Below are positions 16,260 through 37,314 of a stretch of DNA of 64,000 nt, in pieces. The number at the start of each line of letters is the position of its first letter. The first letter of the stretch is position 1. Origin of the DNA: the human T2T-CHM13v2.0 reference genome, Homo sapiens. The stretch is taken from NCBI RefSeq assembly GCF_009914755.1, contig NC_060947.1. One strand, written 5' to 3'. The notes beneath the pieces were generated by a model. It was not told the origin of the DNA. It ran no database searches and saw nothing but the letters and a program-made list of their open reading frames with translations. The position numbers were made by a program, and so were the translations under genes.

Positions 16260-17068
16260 TCAAATGAGTATTGATACATTCAAAAACCCCAAGGATGTTA
16301 TTATGGTGGAACTTAAGATACTTCGGTTGACAAATAGTGGGGAGATATTTGGGGACAGGCAATATCCTTGTAAAAAGCTGACTACTCCACTTAATTTTAA
16401 GGTGAGTCCATGTCAGCTTCCCTGGGCTATTTTCCAAAGCAGGGGAGACAGAACAGAGGCTGCTCTAAATGAGATTTTGTAACAGAGTAGAGGAAGCTTC
16501 ATGTTTTTTTTTTTTTTCTTTTCAGCACCATTTAATGAGAGCTGCCCTTTCCCCTCCTTCACTCTCTCCTCTAATTTAAAAAAGATCCCACTAAAGTGGC
16601 ACGTCTTCACAGAAGGGTTAAATTCATGTTTAAATGTATTTCAAGGCTTATAAAACACATTAATATTGACGGGAATGTGATTATTTCCTACCAAAAACTG
16701 TCACAGAAATAAGAATGTTTTCCAGTGTCTCTGGAGAGGTTCTGACAAATAGACTAAGGCTGACAAATTTCTGCCCCAACCCTGACAGCTACTGAAGTCA
16801 TCAATTCTGGAAGGGATAAGGCAGGCTGCGAGCCCAATAAGGAGGCTGGCAAACGTGTTTGCAGCATACTTTCTACTTTTCTGTGTCCCTGTCAAGTACT
16901 CCCCTCCAGCACTGGATTCCCAACTCTTCAACCATCACTCTGTTTCTGGGCAGCAGATATTATCCTTGATAAACTCCACCCCAACCAAAGTCTATTTGGA
17001 CTTTTTAATTCTCTAATATCTGGCCAAGGCTAGGCAGTTGACTTGCTGAATTTAGATACATAAATTCA

Positions 17069-18027
<959 letters not shown>

Positions 18028-18538
18028 TTAATGGGATATTTTTTTCCAAGGAATTTGTAGCAAAAGCAGCAGCTCAAATGAATGAGTCTCAAATAGCGGA
18101 AAGCCAGGCAATGCGGCTGGTGGCATAGTTGGTAAAATAATTTGGTTGCTAGGGTGGCATTTGGGCAAAGCATGCCAATATTTTCTAGAGCAGATAAAGT
18201 GGTGGAGAGTCCTAGAAACTTAGTTCCACAGGTGGATGGGTTTGACGCTTGAGCAATCACTCAATATCTTTATATCCTGTCACTCATCTATAAAACGAGG
18301 TTAATAATATCCTGCCCTGCCTCCCTCTTTTGAGTTTTGAAATTGAATTTTCATGGCACATGTGAAGGCATGCTGTAAATTAGCAGGTGTTAGAGAAATT
18401 CAAGTTTTTGAATAATAGTAATGACAATGATGACGATGATGAAATAAGTGATAAATCCTTAGCCACATGAGAAAAATAGATTGAAGGTTAGTAAAGTTTC
18501 ACACACCAGAAAAGATGTACTGAATAAAAAGTACTCTT

Positions 18539-18844
18539 GGCTGGGCGTGGTGGCTCACGCCTGTAATCCCAGCACTTTGGGAGGCCAAGATGGGCAGATC
18601 GCCTGAGGTCAGGAGTTCAAGACCAAGCTGGCCAACATGGCGAAACCCCATCTCTACTAAAAATACAAAAATGAGCCAGGCATGGTGGCACATGCCTGTA
18701 ATCCCAGCTACTCAGAGGCTGAGGCAGGAGAATCACTTGAACCCAAGAGGCAGAGATTGAAGTGAGCTGAGATTGTGCCACTGCACTCCAGCCTTGGTGA
18801 CAAAGCAAGACTCTGTCTCAAAAAATAATAATAATAATAAAAAA
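18539..18844 (+). mobile_element. AluS
   Basis: Full dimer with (AAT)n tail. Confidence 0.96.
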
Positions 18845-19899
18845 GAGGAATGTTGATGTCGTCAAATTAAATATTACCATACCTCATATCTTGGAGCCAC
18901 GAAAATCCATTGATTTGATGTGGATAGAGCATATTTATCAGGCATGTCCTTCTGTGGGTCTCAATGTCCCCATCTGTTCCATGAGGGGGTAGGAGGCCTG
19001 GATATTCACAGGTAACACAATTTTCTGGGTATTCATAGGGAGGAAAGAAGCCACCAAGGAAGCTGGCTGCCACTGCTTCCTCCTCTCCTGCTCAGAGGGG
19101 ATAGCTCAAGAGCCAGAGAAGAAACAGTAACACTTTGTAGGGATCTGTACATTGGAGGCTTCTTGGAGGACCCTGAGTAGCCCACTGCTATTCCCTCCTA
19201 GTGAGCTGATTTCAGTAGAAGATTTACAAGTACTCGAGACCCTTAAGGACACTAAGACGCTGGTCTACACTAGCATAGCTCCAGGTCATAAGTAGGAAAT
19301 GATAGCTCAGTCAATAGCAAATACTCCAAGGACCTGAAATGATCTGAGACCACTTCGCTTTGAATCATTCTACTGTAGAGAAGCAGCTAACTTACAGGCT
19401 CTTGATGTATTTGCCCTAGTAATGGCAACCCTCAGCCCCTACCTCTCAATAGTAATTTACATGAGCAAAGCCTGCTCATGCAGAGAAGGCTTAAAACAAT
19501 AAAACTGTGTGTTCAACCCCAAAGACCCTAACAGTCTGCCATCCTCAGAAGAGCAGTGACTCCTAGCTGGTCAGACCCAGTACCCATGGTTATCCAGCAC
19601 GACTTGCTCCAGGAGAAAAAGCAGAGGGCTGCAATGAGGAGATTGTTATCCCTGCATAAGGTAGGTATCAAGTCATTCCATAGTTGCATTGGGGCTTAAA
19701 GATTGGGGTTGCAGTGGTGGGTAACAGACGGCGTTTCTGATATGTTTATCTCCACAAAGAAAAGAACCTCAGACAGAGATCACCCTATAAATAGAAGCAC
19801 TACAATCTCTCACTTAAAGAAAATCTTATAAACCTAGCCATTATGCCTCAAATTCTACTGGTAGTGTTTAAGTATTACTGTTTTCTGAGTCCTTAAAAT

Positions 19900-21500
19900 G
19901 GGAAACAGTACATCTACTGATAAAGAGCCAAGGCTCCAATAAGGGCTGGGCTATTTACTAACTCTTCATCCTAGTCAAGTTGCTTAAGTTTTCTAAAGTT
20001 TAGTTTCCTCATGTGTAAAAAAGGGTAAGCAATACCTTCACCAGAATTGTGATTAGCAATAACATTTAGTAAGTGCTTAACACAGTGCTCAGTACATAAG
20101 AAATGCTTGGATAAAAAAAAAGGTAGCTGCTATTACTACCTAAAATCCAAACTGTCCTGCAGAATAAATCTCCATTAGTGAGTATGGCAGACGCCTCTCT
20201 TTCAGAGACAATTTGGCAGAGTGTAAACATTACGGGCTTTGGATCCAAACAGACTTGGTTTTAAATCCAGCCTCTTTCACTCTCTAGGGCTGAGATCACT
20301 GTATCGTTATGAACCTCAGGTCCAGAGTATTACAAAGTGGGAATAATATCTTACCTTACGGGACTTTTGGGAGAATTATGACATAAAGTTTGTGACATAC
20401 CTGGTACATAGTAAGCACCCAACAAACATTAGCTTTTTTCTCAGGAAAGCAATGGACTCTAACACGACATGAGGGAATGTTGCTGAAAGTAGAGCAATGG
20501 GTGTTATAAGGAAAAGGTGGGACACTGGAGACAAACTTATGTCCTGTGGCCCTGATCTAGGAGGTGGATAATTTACTGAGTTAATGGAAATGATGTAAGA
20601 ATCCAGTGCCATAGAAATGTCAGTACACCATAATAAAAATGGGCTCAGGGGGTCAGACAATGTACAAGCCAGGACATTCAAGGTTTCTTCCATGCTCACT
20701 GTACTCTTCTGAGGTGTTCTTAGCTGACCATCCCACATCTGCAGACACATAATGGGCTTTTTGACTGGCTATGAGACAGTCTAGCATGAGAACTTTACTC
20801 AGTAGGTGGGCTGCTGGGACACTGATGGGATAATCCCTTTGGATCCTCTCTCATACAGTATAAAAGAAAAATTGGTTATGTCAATAATGGGTGCTGACTG
20901 GAGAAGAAACAGAGGAAGTTGATGATGGTGATCATTACATCACCACAAAGCTGTAATTCTAGAGGCAGAAACAACAGACAACAGCTTCTGAGGAGAACAT
21001 TTATTAGAATTATTAATAATCCAGATCTCTTGTCAGACTGCCAAAGCAGTCTGTTTTTGCAGTTAGCAAAATGGTGTACCGCCCTCTGTGACACGTGTTT
21101 GCACGGTTAGCAAAATGGCGTACCACCCTCTGTGATTCTCCACATATCCTTATAATAAATCATTTTTAGCAGAGGTGGCCTGAGTATATCTAGGTTCCTA
21201 AGAACATAGAAGTATTTGGGTGCAAATTTCAGCCCTGCCACTCACTAGTTTTCTCATATGTAAAATGGGAAGTGTAAGGATTGAGTTAGTACATGCAAAA
21301 CATTTAGACTAGTGTTTGGCACATAGTAAGTGTTCAAAAATTGTTACCTATTGAAGTAACGGCTTCTGAGTCTGTTTTCTTATCTGTAAAATGGGATTAT
21401 ATTTACCTCCTGAAGTATTTGGATTAGATGCAGTAACACAGGTAAAATAGTACATAGCTATATATCTGGTACTTCACATATGTTGACTATCATTTTCCTT
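19900..21500 (+). mobile_element. Scattered MIR fragments (~19920-20140, ~20210-20435, ~21180-21500)
   Basis: agtttcctcatgtgtaaaa, ctcatatgtaaaatggg and ggcacatagtaagtg motifs. Confidence 0.65.
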
Positions 21501-21899
21501 CCCTTAAAAACAAAATATTCAAATATTTTGAATTTTGAAACACTCTTCTAGGCAGAATAGTAAAATAACTTTGAGCTTTGTGCATTGCAGGTGCTGAATA
21601 TATAGATACTGTGAAAAGTTTCCACTTCAATGAGTGTTGCCACTGTGAACTTCTCTCTCACCCTCTACCCTCATATACCCAGGCTCAGAAGAATTGGGAT
21701 GACTCAGGTATGGTTTTATTTGGAGATTTATATCAAAAATCTTCCTGTGGGTCCAGGCCTTCCTGGTGAGTTAAAAGGAAGCAAGATAATGTCTGGTCTC
21801 TTGCCAGTGGGATGATGTCACTATCCTCAACTTAGCTAAGCAATGCTCATTCTTTATGAGGCTTACAATAAGTGTCACACATAGAAATAAAATAAAATT

Positions 21900-24800
21900 T
21901 AGCTTCAGATTCAAAATTATTTATTCTGTAAATGGGCATTTCCACCTGGAGGGTCTCAAAAAAAGAATATTAAGCTAGTAAATCTCAATAAATTATAACA
22001 ATTTAAAATTTTTCTTTTCCCCATCTTTACCTAGAAAAGCATCCTCCATCACTGCTCTCTCCTTTTAATTTAACCCCAGATTGGTTCTTAGATTTTATGT
22101 CTGATTGAATCTAAACAATAGTCAAAATTCCATAGAGAAAACCCTTGTTAATTATTACTTCAACACCCAGGTCCCTTTAAGTGGCAAAATCACTATGCTA
22201 TGTTTTTTTTTAATGTTTTTATCTTTTCCTCACAATTATTTCATGTCATTTTGATAAATTAAAAGCTAAACATAGCAAGCTTCAGCACGATCAAGTTTCA
22301 GCAAGATTTCTAAGAAATATATATATAGAGTTCATTTTATGAACTTTCATTTGGAATATGGGACCTAACTTTAATGACCAAGCAACATATTAAATGAAGA
22401 ATTTTTTTCTTCCCTTACAAAATTTAAGAACATAAAACAGTCCAGGTAATACATTTTACATGAATAAATGTCCCTTTAACATTCAATTTGGACTTTTCTA
22501 ACTGAAGTTGGAAGGCTTTCAGCTGTCTGGTAGACAAAATGGATTAGTGGTTAACGTATAAACTAGTTATTAAGTACCACAGGCACTTTAGTCATTTATT
22601 TGTAGCAAGGCCCTTTCAACAACTTTGTACCTGCTACTACAGTAAGGAAGCAGTATATTTACAAGAATATAAGCAATAACAATAGACAGATTTCATTTTG
22701 GAAATTTCAGTTGAATTATTTTACCAATAAATCTTCTTGCTTGAGAGCATTTTCCAGTGTGGAAAATGAAAAGCTTGAGTATGAATACAACTTAGTTAAC
22801 TTTGTAACAAATTGATTCCATTTGTTAACTTGTGGAAAAACTGCTGTGATTTCTAAGGAAGGAAAGTCTTATTTTTCTGACAGTTCACAAGGAGGAAAAA
22901 AGAACCAATCCTCACTTTGAAACATTCTGCTAAATACCTGTTTGTCTCTGGATGAACTGCCTTCAATCAATCATTTTATTAGTAGTTTTCATCGTCTGTC
23001 TCAGCAATAAAATTAGCATATGATACACTTCGAACAGCATTATGGATGAGGATTAAGACAAGGTGTGATATAGTGGGATGAGTACTAGATTTGAAATGAG
23101 ACATAGTTGTGATCAAATCCCAGCTGTTTCCTAGCTGTATGAATCCATGCCATCTACTTAAATTGTCAGCCTATTTCCTGTTCTCTAAAAATCAAAATAA
23201 CAATCACCCCACCTTGCACACAGGATTCTTTTGATGATTAAATAAACTATAATATGTCAAAGTCCAGATCAGTTCCTAACATAAATAGGTGCTCAATAAA
23301 TGTGGAGGATCTGAATCTCTCTGTTGCTCACTCTCCTCTTCTGTAAAATGGGAGGTGGGGTTAAACTAAATGTTCTCTATGTCTTCGGAGAAAAAAAAAA
23401 TGCGAAGGTCCATAACACCATAATACCACATTTAGAATTCTTTTGGGGGTAATGGTAGTGAGTTTTGGGGTAATTGCAGTGTTTCACTAGTTCAGTGCAT
23501 TCCCTTCATTCTTTTCTATTACCCTTTAGGGTAATGCAACCAATGTACTCTGAAAAGATCTGTAGAAAGGGGATCTAAGGCCCAGAAAAGGGTAAAGTAT
23601 TATCCAAGTTAGCAGTTAGTATCAGAGCTAGGTCTACACCTTACATGAAATCACTGTAATTCAGAACCAGGGCTTTTTCCTTTACAATCTACACAAGAGC
23701 CAATTTAGACTTTATTTTGAAGCTGCTATCTACTAGCTTCATTTAATCTATAGCAAATTAAGCTCAGTTTTTGGTTGTTGTTGTTTTCTTTGCATCCTAG
23801 CAATCTTAGGTTCTTACTTTATCCATAGATAGCTAGTACCCTTAAATTTCTGTTCAGATAGTCCAGATGGTCCTTTCCTGTAACTTTCTAAACTAGAAAG
23901 CAAACTCATCTCTGATCATAATTACTTGTTCTATCTCCTACTCCTGTTTCCTCTCTGCAGCAACATTTGGTAATAAATTAACCAGGCAAAATAATCCAGC
24001 CCATAAAGATTATCTAAAATGGTTCACAGGAAGGTGGAAGATTTCAGGTGTCTAAGCATATGAGTAGGGAAGTAATTTTTGTCAGCCACATTGTCTAAAG
24101 GATGAAGATACAGCAACATTTTTCTGAGCATTTGACCTTATATATTGAAGTAAATGACACAATCAAATAGATAAGAAAAAATCAGGAGAAAATAAGATTG
24201 ATGGGCAACTAAAACTGAAGGTAAATTAAAGGTGCTATGATGTCTGTTTTTCATGACAGTATAGTCTGACATGTACTACTTTTCAATTATTAAATCAATT
24301 ATCCAATTAGAAATGTAATTATACTAAAAACTAAGAGTTCACAGGTAGTGGTGCTATTGGTTTAAGAACAAATTCTAAGAAAGGAATTCTTGTTACATTT
24401 GTAAGATAATAGATGAATCTAAAAGTAAAACTTGGTGTCTATCAATGTTTTTTAAAAGACAAGTATGATAGGACTATAAACTAAAAGCATGAGCAGTTAT
24501 CTTTAGATCAAAATCATGTACATTTAAGTAAGTGGTATTGACAATTTAACAATGTTTATTAAAGTCAAAAGAACAGAAACTACACAATTTCTAACAATGC
24601 AAAATAAGAAAACTCTATATTCCATAGACATTTTAGTCTGCCATAATCTCTTCTATGGCTAAAATAAAAACAAACTTACCCTTTTAAGTAGAAAGGACAA
24701 AGTATCAATTATAAACAAAATAGAAGATTCCAGCATGGAAGTCACAATCATTCAGTAATCATATTTAAATCAAACATATTTAAATAGGATTAACCCAAAT

Positions 24801-26631
24801 TTATAAAAAGTATAATTTCTCATCTCATTAACCAGTGAATATAGTCTTCACTCATACATGTTCTCATACATGGCGGGAAACACCATATATGAATAGTGAA
24901 CACTTAGCAAAGAAGTCTCTCCGCAATTGCACTTTGAAAGCCTTCATGACTTACAATGACAAGATTTTCTAAACAGATCTGCTCTTCGATAGAACTTCAC
25001 AAAATAGTGGAATTTGTTCACGGATCAATCTTGCAGTAAATAAGAAAAAAACACCTAACTTACTTAACCTAGATTAGTAGCATACTTGCTAAAATAAAAC
25101 TTCATCACTTCTCCACATTTGAGAATGTTATATCAGAAAATTGCATACTCATGCTAATTTGTTAATTTTATCTGGGTAAAATAAAGGTATTCCTGGGGAG
25201 ATGACAAGTAGTACAACTGGTCATTTTGTTTTTAAACTCAAGGATCCTGGCCTTCCAGAATTTGTTCTTCTTTACAACCTTATAACTTTTGTGTCCCACC
25301 CCCATAACCCCATGTTATGATCCCAACTTCCATTGAGCTGGATGTAATTCACATGTCTGAGCAAAACATCTTAAGGTATTTACTGTCCATTTCATTTTCT
25401 CCAGTTATTAAAGAGTTGTGTTAAAAGAATGAACACATTTAACCAGGAATTCTAGTACATGTAACTTGAGTTGGTTCAGTTGTGTTCTCACTGTTATTTT
25501 GTCAGTTGGTTTAAAAACACAGGTTAAGAGTCATAGAAATCAATCAACAATCATATGAAAAAATGTGTATGATAAGTAAATTATATTAATACCATGTGGA
25601 TTAACCTCCTTTTAAAATACAGGCCAGGTGTGGTGGCTCACACTTGTAATCCCAGCAATTTGGGAGGCCGAGGCACAAGGATGGCCTGAGGTCAGTAGTT
25701 CGAGACCAGCCTGGCCAACATAGTGAGACCCCCATCTCTACTAAAAATAAAATAAAATACAAATACAGCATGATAAGGGTTGAGTAGAAATAGGAGAATC
25801 ATTAAAATGTGTTTCACAATTTCACTGGAAGTATGAAAAGTTAAATTTTGGGGGGAGTCTTAACAATGATATTTAGCAAAGAGAAAATTGTAAAACTGAA
25901 CAAACCTTAATTTCTCTGGTTTAATGTTGCAGATTTTTTCTAGTTAAGTAGGAACATTATCAATGGAACTGTTTTTAATTTAAGGAATTTAAATAGTCAT
26001 TAAATCACTGGTTGAAAATTCTAAAACAATTTAAATTTAAAAGCTGATAAATACAGATTAAAGTCAACTGCATTTCTGCTTGGATAACAAAAACATAAAA
26101 CACAAAACAAAAATAGGTCATACCCATTGTATGACACTAAATGAGGTGATTTTGACTACGTAAACATTAAATAAACATTTCCATGCTTTTATTTTTATGT
26201 ATCTCATCTCACTGCAGACAGATTTAAAACTACTTTGAATTTTTAAAATCCCAAAACTTTTATTCTGTACTTCATTCTGTATAAAGTACTTTGCAGTACT
26301 TTGGTGCTGAATTTTTTATCTAACTTTTGAGGAAGATGGTTAATATACAAGAAGCTAATGCTAGCTCTGTCAAAAATACATCCCTCACACTTTTACATAT
26401 AATATATATAGAACTATATATAAAATCTGTCAAGATGGAAACTCCCTGGAATTTCTTAATGTATTGAAAAGTACAGCAAGGCAAAAGAAAGCATTATATA
26501 TAAATAGTGTATAGGCAAAAAAGCATTCTGACATACATAGTATTTTTAGTGTAAGTGGAGTACAACTTATCTATACACACAAAGAATGCTTCAGAGGCAA
26601 GTGAAGTAAACAGAAGCAGCAGCTCTTTAAG
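21900..26631 (-). other. Probable long AU-rich 3'UTR of the CHMP1B-like gene (extent uncertain)
   Basis: Repeat-poor AT-rich block directly after the stop codon; minus-strand AATAAA at 24555-24560, 22595-22600 and 21920-21925. Confidence 0.4.
25622..25760 (+). mobile_element. Alu left-monomer (FLAM-like)
   Basis: Single Alu arm ending in an A-rich tract; flanking aaaataca repeat. Confidence 0.85.
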
Positions 26632-26676
26632 TTACATTCAATCATGGAGAAGAGCAAGTCTCTGTGATAGTTTATC
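26632..26676 (-). pseudogene. CHMP1B2P: CHMP1B-like terminal coding exon (MIM1 region) with premature stop
   Basis: tttgctttctctag|GAT AAA CTA TCA CAG AGA CTT GCT CTT CTC CAT GAT TGA ATG TAA = DKLSQRLALLHD*M* versus DELSQRLARLRDQV*. Confidence 0.92.
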
Positions 26677-26728
26677 CTAGAGAAAGCAAATATTACAAGT
26701 CACCAAGGCAGTGAAAAATACATAACAC

Positions 26729-27459
<731 letters not shown>

Positions 27460-27900
27460 TAACACTATATTTTAAATAGTCCACATTTTAAATATGATTT
27501 AAAATCCTAACTCAAATATTCACACTAAAACCAACATTAGGAGTTTAATTCTTTTAAACTTTTCAGAAAAAAATGAACATCTTAATAGAGCAGATGCTAT
27601 GAAGGGGAGCAAATTCAATATCCAAACAAAACGTGCATGCAAATAGATAATTCCCATCATTACAGAGCTAAAGGCTGATCACATTTTTCTGATTTATGAT
27701 ATATTACAAAGTACTTTATTACAGTAGAAAAATACTCTTTATAAAAGGTGAATATATATTTACTTATATTTAATTTATATAACATGTTTAAATTATATAC
27801 TATATATTTATACATATATATATATATATGTATATATATATCCTAAATTACTTATATACACATCAAACACACAACAGCAAAGATAAAATCCAATCTCTAC

Positions 27901-27973
27901 CTGTTTCATGGAAGCAACAATTGTGCCAAGAGAATCTATCTGACCCTGTGGTAGTTGCATATTGAGATCAAGG
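27901..27973 (-). pseudogene. CHMP1B2P: CHMP1B-like exon, 73 nt, open frame
   Basis: ttgtag|C CTT GAT CTC AAT ATG...AAA CAG|gtagag; LDLNMQLPQGQIDSLGTIVASMKQ versus LDLNMELPQGQTGSVGTSVASAEQ; phase 2/0. Confidence 0.93.
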
Positions 27974-27995
27974 CTACAACTTAAAATTAGCAGTT

Positions 27996-34467
<6,472 letters not shown>

Positions 34468-35158
34468 TTACCATATGAATGTTAATATAGGCATTTTTCT
34501 TCTTTACCTAATATGTATTGTAAATTTGAATATTCCATCTTCCATTTTACCTTAGTTTACATAAAAATAAAACAAGTTCAATTTTATAAATATAAATTGA
34601 GCTTAAATATCTTCTGAATGTCAACCTTAAGATAATGAATTTACTAATTTTAAAGTATTTTTGTTGAGTCCTAAAAGTGACCCACGTGGAAGGTAATCTT
34701 ATGATATAAAAGATAATAATACTGGGAAATGATCTGGTCTTCAGAACAAAAGGCCAAACTAATGGTTATCCAATATATTAGATGTACTGTAGATTACCAC
34801 ATTTCCTACTGTGAAGGAAAACTAATATGCTAAAAAAGATAAAACAGGCTAGATAACTCTAGCCTCACCTAATATTTGAGTTAACTTCAATTTCAGTTTT
34901 TAGCTCCTGGGCTGCCCTTAGCAGGAATCATTATTTGCATCCAGCCATACAACTGAGTTTCAGAAAAGTTAAGTACACTTGTCTGAGATCATTCTAGTGA
35001 TAGACATAGGATTTTAATCTAGGTTTGACTGTCTCCAAAGCCTATGATTTTAATCTCCACTGTACCACTCCTCTAGTACATAAACTATCCTTTCTGCGTG
35101 TCTCTAAACCATTGGAGTGTATGCCAACTCCGGTATGAAAATACTACAGGGAATATAA

Positions 35159-35500
<342 letters not shown>

Positions 35501-35689
35501 CATTGTGAGATTCTATAGACAGATTTTTATTGAAAAAGTAAAGACATAAAATTTAGTTGGGGGAAGCACTAACTCAATCAGCAATTAGATAGTTAAACAT
35601 CTTTAAAGATGGGCATTGGTGTTTCTACATCAGTGGTTATATCTGTTTCTACTGCCAGTCACCACATATTGACATAGTCTCTTGATTTT

Positions 35690-35884
35690 TTAGTCACTAC
35701 CCCAAGGAACATCTGGAAATATCTGGAGACATGCTTGGCTGTCACAACTGTAGGGAGGGGTGCCATTGGTATCTAGTGGGTAGAGGCCAGAGATGCTGCT
35801 AAGCATTCTACAGTGCACATGACAGCCCCCAGGATTATCCATCCCAAAATGTCAATAGTATCGAGGTTGTGAAATACTGCTCTA
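35690..35884 (+). mobile_element. MER20 (hAT-Charlie)
   Basis: ggagacatgcttggctgtcacaactg...gggtagaggccagagatgctgctaa...cccaaaatgtcaatag. Confidence 0.85.
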
Positions 35885-37143
35885 AACCTTATCCAAAAGT
35901 TGCCTACTGATTTCATTTACCACTGAGAGTCAGTAAGGCCATAATGTGGCAGCATTCATTTTATAAAACTTCCCTTGCTGCATTTTCAAGCCAAATCGTC
36001 TAATTTAGTCTTTAGCAGAAACAGAAACAAGTCCTTAGTCTCTTATAAAGACTATGTTTAAAAGATGGAGTCTTCTGACACAGAATGCCTTTGTTATAAT
36101 ACTTAACAAAAACCACCTTTCTTGTTCCCCTCCATATGGGCTACTTTAGGATTCTAACAAAACAAAATAGCACACAACTTAACCCACAGCCCTGTTCTTG
36201 AACATTACAAACCTGATTTTTAATTTATTAATCTCGATTTTAATTCTTTAGCATTAGTGATCTAAAGAGTTGATAAACTTAACTGTTTATTCTAATCAGG
36301 TAGTAGCTTAGATAGGATTTATCAACTCTATTTTCCAGATGTCCAAATCTTCTCTTCCCAGGAGAAAAGAAAAAAATAAGACTAAGCCTCATTTCAAACT
36401 AGTTCTCTACCTTTGAAAATACATTATAAAACATTAGCATCAATTTTTATTTTTTACTACTACATTATCTTGAACTAAAATTACACCAGAGAATAATAAT
36501 ACAACATGATTTCTACAGCAAAGATATCATAGATAAGTCATTCTCCCATGACATGAAGGGCCTGAAATAAACAGCCCTTCATGTATTATATATCCTGTTT
36601 CCAATAGCAATATCACAAAAGGGTATGAATTATTTACTTAAAAGAAACAACCAAATCATTATGCGTAATATTGCTGTCTTTTGAGCCCCTTTCACATTTT
36701 GCACATATTACTCAGTTTGCAGTACTCAAACTAGACTTATGACTCAATGGCCTAATCACAGCAGAATTATTTTGGAAGGTCCTTTTTTTAAAAAAAAAAA
36801 ACTATATATTTCATACATGCAGCGAACAGTAGGTATTGAGCAAATGTTCAAACACTGCTGCTTCCTTTGATCACCTTTGTCTATTTCTTTTCATACACTA
36901 AATGAATCTATTTCCAGAGATTTTTAAGAAAATACTAAGATGACTGAAACACAGTCAAATTTTTATGAGCATGGCAAGGAATTGGATGACTGTTTAAAGT
37001 CCCTTGAAACACTAAATTCTAGGGTCACAAACCTAACTCTGGCAATTCGTGGTAAAGAGAAATATTTTCATCTATATTACAGAATTTTAGAACCTCTAGA
37101 TATTAAATCAAGATTTTCCAAAATCACCTGGATAACTTCTTAC

Positions 37144-37177
37144 CTACCTTCATCTGCCATTTCCTGAAGCAGCATAT
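37144..37177 (-). pseudogene. CHMP1B2P: CHMP1B-like exon remnant, acceptor and first codons deleted
   Basis: ttttcttattctat ATG CTG CTT CAG GAA ATG GCA GAT GAA GGT AG|gtaaga = MLLQEMADE. The expected AG acceptor and the NQV(D) codons are missing (~12-nt deletion); phase-2 donor is intact. Confidence 0.88.
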
Positions 37178-37298
37178 AGAATAAGAAAATGCGGATTTCT
37201 ATTAAGCATTTGCTTTTTGCATGGTTTTTGGTTTTCTTTTAAAAGAGGGAAACCGGTCTCTAATTTTTTAAAAGAAAGCATTTAAAAAATATTTTGTA

Positions 37299-37314
37299 CC
37301 ACCAGAGGGAGCTG
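37299..37314 (+). promoter_or_regulatory. Candidate CTCF motif
   Basis: CCACCAGAGGGAGCTG closely fits the CTCF core (CCASYAGRKGGCRS) within very AT-rich, non-repeat DNA. Confidence 0.45.

Noticed and set aside
19039-19640. Histone H3-like words (GGKKPPRKLAAT, IAQ, LRFES)
   Set aside because: They lie in different frames and are spaced far too widely for H3; likely coincidence.
21062-21135. Repeat-spacer-repeat as a CRISPR-like array
   Set aside because: Only two units in primate DNA; a simple local duplication.
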